Source: Candidatus Magasanikbacteria bacterium RIFOXYB2_FULL_38_10 (lineage in GTDB: Bacteria; Patescibacteriota; Patescibacteriia; Magasanikbacterales; UBA10003). Taken from it: a stretch of 64,000 bases of DNA. The translations under genes and the position numbers were made by a program. The notes under the pieces are model-generated. The model was not told the DNA's origin. It did not search any database and saw only the letters and a list, made by a program, of their open reading frames with translations. Within the stretch, counting starts at the first letter, position 1. Each line of letters starts with the position of its first letter. Location of the stretch: positions 30,119-94,118 of the forward strand of contig MFQT01000017.1 in assembly GCA_001783145.1 (NCBI GenBank), given 5' to 3'. This document shows, in pieces, positions 57,842-64,000 of the stretch.

Positions 57842-58894
57842 TTATATTTCTTTCAACTTAGCAAACTGTTCCTGACAGCTAAATCTTTCTTCAACCAATC
57901 TTCTACCAGCCTCCCCCATTTCCCTAGCTCTATCTTTGTCAGACAGAATTTGAATAAGCGCCTGTTCGAGGTCGTTTAAGGATTCTGGATCAATAATTAA
58001 GCCGGTCTGATTGTTAATAACAGCCTCCGGTACACCACCGGAATTACCGGCTATCACAGGTTTACTGTAGGCTCCGGCTTCAAGGAAAACTGTACCAAAA
58101 CCTTCTGCATCAGGACCTATTTGTCTTGAAGGCATAACAAACACCGAACATTTTTGATACCAGTTAGATATTTCTTCGTCAGCTAAATTATTAAAGAATA
58201 AAACTTTTTTATCAACCTGCAAATTTGCAGCCATTTTTTTTAATTCGTTTTCATATCTGCCAGAGCCAATAATGATATATTGAGCATTAGGAAAAAAATG
58301 CAAAATTTTCGGCATAGCCTCAATTACCTTATCAAAACCCTTTCTTTCAACCAATCTTCCCACCGACAAGATCGTTTGTCCTTCTTCTGGAGTTGATTTT
58401 ATCGAATTTATTTGAAACGGAAAAGCAACACACGGGTAAATAATTATTATTTTTTTTGAATTTAAGCCTAATCTTTCTAATTCTTTTTTAGTAAACTCGC
58501 TATTAGCAACCACCCAATCAGCCGAACATAATATTTTTTTAAGCCAAATTTTTTTCCACCAAAAATTCTGAGGAAATAAGATATCCATACCGTGAGTAAA
58601 CACCAAGTAATGAATACCAAAAAAACTTTTAATAAAAAGAGCGATATAACCCAAAGGCAGTACCTGTCCTATAAAAAGAAAATCAAAATTATTTTTTTTG
58701 ATTTCTTTCACTGTTTTAAACAAAAGAGGGATCCATTTAGGCCAAAATTTTCCTAAGGTCTCCTGAAATAAAACAGTGATATTCAAATTAGAAATTTTTA
58801 CTAAATTATGGTAATAACGAGAAACTCCTCCCTTTAGGGGGGGGAAATCCAGGGTTAAAAATAAAATTTTTTCTTGTTTACTTAGATTCTTCAT
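57842..58894 (-). CDS. GT4-type (GT-B) glycosyltransferase
   Basis: C-terminal EGFGTVFLEAGAYSKPVIAGNSGGVPE (E-x7-E region). The ORF extends to 58927, but the ATG at 58894 is preferred. Confidence 0.75.
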   Translation of the reverse strand: MKNLSKQEKILFLTLDFPPLKGGVSRYYHNLVKISNLNITVLFQETLGKFWPKWIPLLFKTVKEIKKNNFDFLFIGQVLPLGYIALFIKSFFGIHYLVFTHGMDILFPQNFWWKKIWLKKILCSADWVVANSEFTKKELERLGLNSKKIIIIYPCVAFPFQINSIKSTPEEGQTILSVGRLVERKGFDKVIEAMPKILHFFPNAQYIIIGSGRYENELKKMAANLQVDKKVLFFNNLADEEISNWYQKCSVFVMPSRQIGPDAEGFGTVFLEAGAYSKPVIAGNSGGVPEAVINNQTGLIIDPESLNDLEQALIQILSDKDRAREMGEAGRRLVEERFSCQEQFAKLKEI

Positions 58895-60368
58895 AATAAT
58901 TTTTTCTGAAAATTGACAGAAATTCATCCACTTCTTTTTTACTTAAAATTTTAGTTATCCACAGCAAAAACAAATAGAACAGACCACCAAAAGTTATCAA
59001 GAGGCCCAAAAAAATAAGGGTCTTGACAAAACCTGTTGGAGTAAAAATGTTTATCAGCCAAATTTTAAAATAATTAACCGTAACTCCCATCAAAAGAGAG
59101 GAAAGAAAAATTTTTAGGATAGTGAACCAATAACTTTTTTTATGCATGCCAACAATTTGTGGAACTGCCGAGTACCCAAAAAATAATAGAAATGAGTTAC
59201 TTGCCACTGCCGCTAAAGCCGCTCCCTTTATTTCCCAAATTGGTATTAGTATTAAATTTAAAATTATATTTAAACACATGGTTAAAACCATAGCCGTTGT
59301 TTGCCAAGCTTGTCTATTACAGGCGTTTAATAGAGAACCGACAGGAAAATCTAAAAAAGCAAAAACCAAACCAAAAACTAGTATTTTTAAAGCAGGAATA
59401 GAAGAAGAGTAAGTCAAACCATAGACCTTATTTATAAAAACATCAGAAAGAACATAAACGCCAAAAGCCAAGGGAAAAGCAATTAAAGACAAATAAATAA
59501 CAGCTTTTTCGAAAAGATACTTTAATCTTTCTTTATTAGAGATAAAAGAGTGGCTCATGGCGGGATACAAAGAAGCGGCAAAGGCCATGGGAATAAACTG
59601 AAAAGCAAAAACCACTTTGTTGGGAATACTATAAAACCCAACGCTTTTAGTATTGATGAGGATAGAAATAAGCACGGCATCAATATAAGAGTAAATTTTA
59701 GTGGAAATTCCAGCCAAAGAAAAAGGCAATGTCAGTTTTACTATTTTTTTAAAATAGTCCTTGTGCCAAATTAGTTTAATTTTTATGTTTAAACGACTAA
59801 CAATCGTTAAAGAAAAAATGAAGTTAAAAAAACTACCGGCGCCTAAGGCTACAAGTAAAAAATAAATGGGTTGTTTTAAAACCAACGCTATAACCCCGGC
59901 GATAATAGTTAAAATTTGTCCAACAATAACACCAAAAGATTCATAAAAAAGATTTTGCAAAGACCTTAAAACTCCGTAAAAAGCCAAAGAGAGAGAATCC
60001 AGGATCATTAAAATGCCGGAAAGAAATATTAAAAAACGCAATTCACCGGAGTATCCTAACGGATAAGTAATCAAAATTAAAAAAACATAAGCAAATACGG
60101 CTAAAAATATCTTTAAAAAGATAACTTGACCTAACCAAATGTCAATTTTTATTTTTTCTCTAGCGCCTTCTCTTATTAAAACTTGTGTTAAACCCAGATC
60201 GGCAAAAATAGAGAAAAGGCTGGAAAAGGACAAGGCAGTGACATAAAGACCAACATTCTCTACACCCACGAATCTAGCTATTAAACTAAAATAGATAAAA
60301 GAAAAAATCTTCTGGCCAATATAAGCCGAGGTTAAAAAGAAGGTATTTTTAGCTATTTTAGCTGTCAT
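58878..60368 (-). CDS. polysaccharide biosynthesis protein / MOP-family flippase (Wzx-like)
   Basis: About 14 TM helices, N-terminus MTAKIAKNTFFLTSAYIGQKIFSF, next to glycosyltransferases. The ORF opens with GTG at 60398. Confidence 0.7.
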   Translation of the reverse strand: MTAKIAKNTFFLTSAYIGQKIFSFIYFSLIARFVGVENVGLYVTALSFSSLFSIFADLGLTQVLIREGAREKIKIDIWLGQVIFLKIFLAVFAYVFLILITYPLGYSGELRFLIFLSGILMILDSLSLAFYGVLRSLQNLFYESFGVIVGQILTIIAGVIALVLKQPIYFLLVALGAGSFFNFIFSLTIVSRLNIKIKLIWHKDYFKKIVKLTLPFSLAGISTKIYSYIDAVLISILINTKSVGFYSIPNKVVFAFQFIPMAFAASLYPAMSHSFISNKERLKYLFEKAVIYLSLIAFPLAFGVYVLSDVFINKVYGLTYSSSIPALKILVFGLVFAFLDFPVGSLLNACNRQAWQTTAMVLTMCLNIILNLILIPIWEIKGAALAAVASNSFLLFFGYSAVPQIVGMHKKSYWFTILKIFLSSLLMGVTVNYFKIWLINIFTPTGFVKTLIFLGLLITFGGLFYLFLLWITKILSKKEVDEFLSIFRKNYYEESK

Positions 60369-60419
60369 AGTCTGGTTTAATACTATCAAAGTTATCACTT
60401 CTTTTCAATAAACAAATCA

Positions 60420-60450
60420 CCCCCTGCCTCTTTAAAGAAGAGGCAGGGGG
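60420..60450 (-). terminator. GC-rich hairpin downstream of tRNA-Ser
   Basis: 13-bp perfect stem CCCCCTGCCTCTT/AAGAGGCAGGGGG with a 5-nt loop. The minus-strand downstream tail is moderately T-rich. Confidence 0.55.
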
Positions 60451-60503
60451 GGATTACCCTTAAAGTTATCCCCCAATTAATAAAAAATCCGAATTCTGAA
60501 AAT

Positions 60504-60591
60504 TGGCGGAAGGTGAGGGATTCGAACCCTCGATACCTTGCGGTATGCACGCTTTCCAAGCGTGTGCACTAGACCACTATGCGAACCTTCC
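60504..60591 (-). tRNA. tRNA-Ser (anticodon GGA), CCA encoded
   Basis: The minus-strand read runs GGAAGGTTCGCATAGTGGTCTAGTGCA, then CACGCTTGGAAAGCGTG, then CATACCGCAAGGTATC, then GAGGGTTCGAATCCCTC, then ACCTTCCGCCA. It has a long variable arm and the anticodon loop TTGGAAA. Confidence 0.9.
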
Positions 60592-61341
60592 TTTTTTAAT
60601 TTTTTTCAGCAACTTCAAACCAATAAAAACTAAAATTAAACTCCCCCATTGCGCCACGGTAAAGCCACCATATCTTGCATCAGCTCCGGCAATATCATCA
60701 GCTCGTAAAAAATCCAGTAAAAATCTGCCCATACCATACCACAAAAACAGCCGAGAAGACAAGAGGCCGGACGTAGATAACATTTTAAGACCCTTTAAGG
60801 CAAAAATAATTAAAAGTGGCACTAACATCAATATCTCCAATAAGGCCATATCTAACCTGGGCCCACTGGTAAAATTAATAGCCAAAAAAGAGTTAAATAA
60901 AACACCCAAATGATCATGAATTAACAAACAACCCATTCTTCCCACTGTCCAACCAAAAGGAAAAACAAAAGCCAATATGTCTAAGTAATGCCAATCAATT
61001 TTTTTCTTGTACCAAAACCAAAATAATATTATTCCCACTCCCGCAAAACCGCCAAAAGAATCCAAACCACCTTGCCAAATTTTAAAAATCTCCAGTGGAT
61101 GCCAAAGATAAAAATTCCGGCTGTTTTCTAAAAAAACATAAAATAATCTTCCTCCAACCAAAGAGGCGATGATAATCCAAATCAATAAATTCAGAAGTCT
61201 ATCTTTATTTAATTTTTGCTTTTTAACCAACCAAGAAGCCAAAAAAGTGCCAATCAAAAAACCCAAAGAAACAAACAAGCCCCAAGATTGAATTTTTAAA
61301 AATCCTATTTGCCAACCGGTTGTGCCAAAAAAGGGTATCAT
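60577..61341 (-). CDS. lgt: prolipoprotein diacylglyceryl transferase
   Basis: Polytopic protein with GGRLFY, GGLDSFGG and GRMGC motifs typical of Lgt. Its 3' end overlaps tRNA-Ser by ~15 nt. Confidence 0.8.
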   Translation of the reverse strand: MIPFFGTTGWQIGFLKIQSWGLFVSLGFLIGTFLASWLVKKQKLNKDRLLNLLIWIIIASLVGGRLFYVFLENSRNFYLWHPLEIFKIWQGGLDSFGGFAGVGIILFWFWYKKKIDWHYLDILAFVFPFGWTVGRMGCLLIHDHLGVLFNSFLAINFTSGPRLDMALLEILMLVPLLIIFALKGLKMLSTSGLLSSRLFLWYGMGRFLLDFLRADDIAGADARYGGFTVAQWGSLILVFIGLKLLKKIKKGRFA

Positions 61342-62711
61342 TTTGCTAATTTAGGTATATATTGTTCCGCTTCTTCAACACTATCAACAATTTTATACAA
61401 ATCAACATATTCCGGAGCAATAGTGTCATATTTTTTAAGCAAGGTCTCGCGGATAAATTTATCCAAAGGTTCCCAATACTTTTTGCCGTATAAAAGCACA
61501 GTCATCTCGCTCATTTTTTTAGTTTTCATCAAAGTTAAAACCTCAAACAACTGGTGTAGAGTTCCAAAACCGCCGGGAAAGAATATAAAGGCCTTGGAAG
61601 GAACGGTCAGCATTAATTTTCTAATATAAGGAAAATTAAAACTTAAAGATTTGGTAAGATATTGATTAGTTCTGGCCACATCCTCAAATTTTAAACTAAA
61701 ACCGATGGATTCAGCACCGGCTTCTTTGGCGCCTTTACTAGCCGCCTCCATAATCCCTGGGCCGCCACCGGTAATTACCATGTATCCCTTCTTGCCTAAA
61801 TTAAAAGACATTTTTTCCGCCGCTTGGTAATAAGGACTTTCCGCGCCCAAACTATTGGTACCCAAAATAGTAATATCATCTCTAACTTCGCGAGTTAAGA
61901 ATTCAAATCCCTCCACCACCTCCGCCATGATTCTAAAAATTCGCCAATTCATTGTTTGAGCGCAATGCGGATCGGCGGGATCCGATGGATCACATAAAAC
62001 CTTATGCACTCCCGACCGACGGACAATTTCCACAGCCTCCTCGGCCGAATCAACTACTTGCAGTAAATCAAGATGGGTTTGACTGATGGATCCAATTAAT
62101 TCCAATGGGCTTTGTTTTAAAAAGTCAATTAAAGGATTCCAAAAATCTTTGCCCACAGCAATAACCGGAATTTTTTTAACTTTGCCGATTTCTATTAAAT
62201 CCAAAAGTTCAAAAATTTCATCCATGGTACCATAACCGCCGGGAAAAAAAATAGCGGCTTCGGCCGGTGAAACCAGCATTATTTTTCTGATAAAAAAGTA
62301 ATTAAAACCGGCATTCTTGGTTACGTAAGGATTAAGAATCTGCTCCTCGGGTAGTTGAATGGAAATAGCCACTGATTCCGCACCGGCTTCTTTTGCTCCC
62401 CTATTGCCCGCCTCCATTACTCCCGGTCCTCCACCGGTAATTACCGCGTAACCCTGTTTTCCCAAAAATAAACCGCATTCACGCGCTTCTTTATAAGCAA
62501 AAGAATCTTCTGTAGAACGAGCTGAGCCAAAAATAGTGGCGGTTTTTTCAAATTTTCCCAGTAATTGATAGCCGGAAACGAATTCCGACATAATTCTAAA
62601 AATTTGCCAAGTATCCCTGTAGTTTACCGGCTCATGAAATTTTTCAAAAATACGAGCCTTTTGTTCAAACAGACTGTGATAATGATGCGGACTGATTTTT
62701 CTTTTAAACAT
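61338..62711 (-). CDS. tandem LOG/TIGR00730-family (Rossmann nucleotide-binding, 'lysine decarboxylase-like') protein
   Basis: Two repeats each carry ITGGGPG(V/I)MEA...GAKEAGAES. The PGGxGTxxE motif reads PGGYGTMDE in the first repeat and PGGFGTLHQ in the second. Confidence 0.7.
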   Translation of the reverse strand: MFKRKISPHHYHSLFEQKARIFEKFHEPVNYRDTWQIFRIMSEFVSGYQLLGKFEKTATIFGSARSTEDSFAYKEARECGLFLGKQGYAVITGGGPGVMEAGNRGAKEAGAESVAISIQLPEEQILNPYVTKNAGFNYFFIRKIMLVSPAEAAIFFPGGYGTMDEIFELLDLIEIGKVKKIPVIAVGKDFWNPLIDFLKQSPLELIGSISQTHLDLLQVVDSAEEAVEIVRRSGVHKVLCDPSDPADPHCAQTMNWRIFRIMAEVVEGFEFLTREVRDDITILGTNSLGAESPYYQAAEKMSFNLGKKGYMVITGGGPGIMEAASKGAKEAGAESIGFSLKFEDVARTNQYLTKSLSFNFPYIRKLMLTVPSKAFIFFPGGFGTLHQLFEVLTLMKTKKMSEMTVLLYGKKYWEPLDKFIRETLLKKYDTIAPEYVDLYKIVDSVEEAEQYIPKLAK

Positions 62712-62717
62712 AAAATA

Positions 62718-64000
62718 TTAGTTATTGATTTTTTCTATTCTCTCTCCGATTGATAACAGAAAATTTTCGGAAAAATGCGGCCCAATGATCTGCAAACCCA
62801 CAGGTAATTTATCTACCAAACCATTAGGAACAGATAAAGCGGGCAAACCGGCTAAATTGACCGGCGCGGTATAAATATCGGATAAATACATCTGTAATGG
62901 ATCATTACTTTTTTCCCCTATCTTAAAAGCCGTGGAGGGAGCAGTGGGAGTAATTAAACAATCCACTTCTTTAAAAACTTTTTCAAAATCTTCTCTGACT
63001 AAATTTTGTACTTGTTTGGCTTTTTTGTAGTAGGCGTCATAATAACCGGAGGATAAAGCAAAAGCACCTAGCATTATTCTCCTCTTTGCCTCTGCCCCAA
63101 AACCCGTAGCTCGACTTTTTTTATAAACACCTTTTAAATCTTCCCCTTTATTCCTTATAGACAAACCATATTTTATACCATCAAACCTGGCTAAATTAGA
63201 CGAAACTTCAGCGGGCATAATTAAATAATAAGACGCCAGAGCGTATTCGGAATTGGGTAGAGTTACTTCTTTTATTTTTGCGCCCTCTGCTTTTAGCAGT
63301 TCTACTTTTTTTAAAATATTATTTTCTACTTTGGCATCTAATCCCTTGGCAAAATATTCTTTGGGCAGACCGATGGTTAGGTTTTTTAAAACTTTTTCTT
63401 TTGAATCTTTAAAATTTTTAGATGTGGCATCCTTTTCATCCCGGCCTTTTAAAATTTCAAATAAAACTTTGGCATCTTCTACATTATTGGTTAAAGGCCC
63501 AATTTGATCCAATGACGAAGCCATAGCCATAAGACCGTAGCGTGAGACGGCTCCATAAGTTGGTTTTAAACCAACCAGATTGCAAAAAGCTGCGGGCTGA
63601 CGAATTGAGCCTGCGGTATCGGAACCAAGGGCGGCCGCGCACATGCCGGCGGCCACTGCAGCGGCCGAACCTCCGGAAGAACCTCCTGGAACCCTTTCTA
63701 AATCATAAGGGTTCCTGGTTATTCCATAAGCGCTATTTTCCGTAGAAGATCCCATAGCAAATTCATCCATATTGGTGCGCCCAATTATAATAGCCCCGGC
63801 ATCTTTTATTTTTTTAACAGCCGTGGCGGTATAAGGAGAAACAAAATTCTCTAAAATTTTAGAGCCGGACGAAGCAAGGTGCCCCTCGTAAAGCAAATTA
63901 TCTTTAAGAGCCATGGTAATCCCATCTAAAGCTCTCATGCTTTCCCCTTTTTTAATTTTTTCGTCAACTTTTTTGGCTTCTGCCAAAGCCTCTTTTTCAA
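62718..64000 (-). CDS. gatA: Asp/Glu-tRNA amidotransferase subunit A (N-terminus beyond the right edge)
   Basis: Amidase signature GGSSGGSAAAVAAG and KDN...; the reading frame stays open through 64000, and the track's start at 63986 is a TTG. Confidence 0.85.
   Translation of the reverse strand, partial: EKEALAEAKKVDEKIKKGESMRALDGITMALKDNLLYEGHLASSGSKILENFVSPYTATAVKKIKDAGAIIIGRTNMDEFAMGSSTENSAYGITRNPYDLERVPGGSSGGSAAAVAAGMCAAALGSDTAGSIRQPAAFCNLVGLKPTYGAVSRYGLMAMASSLDQIGPLTNNVEDAKVLFEILKGRDEKDATSKNFKDSKEKVLKNLTIGLPKEYFAKGLDAKVENNILKKVELLKAEGAKIKEVTLPNSEYALASYYLIMPAEVSSNLARFDGIKYGLSIRNKGEDLKGVYKKSRATGFGAEAKRRIMLGAFALSSGYYDAYYKKAKQVQNLVREDFEKVFKEVDCLITPTAPSTAFKIGEKSNDPLQMYLSDIYTAPVNLAGLPALSVPNGLVDKLPVGLQIIGPHFSENFLLSIGERIEKINN

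Noticed and set aside
60503-60913. 136-aa plus-strand ORF
   Set aside because: It begins inside tRNA-Ser (antisense) and runs antisense to lgt, which has clear family motifs.

Overview
The window is AT-rich (about one third G+C in the lines I counted) and densely packed with housekeeping genes, mostly on the plus strand. The gene content, tiny spacers, near absence of Shine-Dalgarno motifs and many lineage-specific membrane proteins fit a small-genome, Patescibacteria/CPR-like bacterium, but that placement is inference. Recognisable content: rpmA (partial), mraY-ftsW-murG, a translin-family gene, GT2, a MurE-like ligase, ftsB-like, a parvulin PPIase, ftsEX, typA, a UMPH-1-type 5'-nucleotidase, a matrixin-like protease, nifS-nifU-ferredoxin, rsmI, metG, cvpA, tatD, a complete F1Fo ATP synthase operon, an EndoIII-like gene, a UvrD-type helicase/nuclease, mreBCD-PBP2, greA, lysS, serS, ftsQ-like, an M23 peptidase, gltX, a GT26-Nudix fusion, CIRCE-clpB, def-fmt, a GT2/GT4/flippase cluster, lgt, a tandem-LOG protein and gatA (partial). 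There are five tRNAs: Lys-UUU, Gly-CCC, Thr-CGU, Gln-UUG and Ser-GGA. The outstanding anomaly is a ~1.7 kb segment (~4606-6332) whose composition flips to roughly two thirds G+C. It carries one 492-aa orphan ORF (4677-6155) with near-saturated GC3. The ORF has a canonical AGGAGG ribosome-binding site that native genes lack, a near-consensus sigma70-type promoter whose -35 box sits in a palindrome, and its own terminator. The segment lies between a tRNA-Lys that has a 21-nt duplicated 3'-end scar and a perfect 26-bp inverted repeat. No integrase or transposase is present. I cannot assign a function to the ORF. Recent foreign acquisition or a novel minimal cassette is the leading reading, and assembly chimerism must be excluded. 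Secondary oddities are a second small SD-bearing orphan cassette (15744-16203), domain fusions and duplications, and a tRNA-Thr with a non-canonical T-loop.
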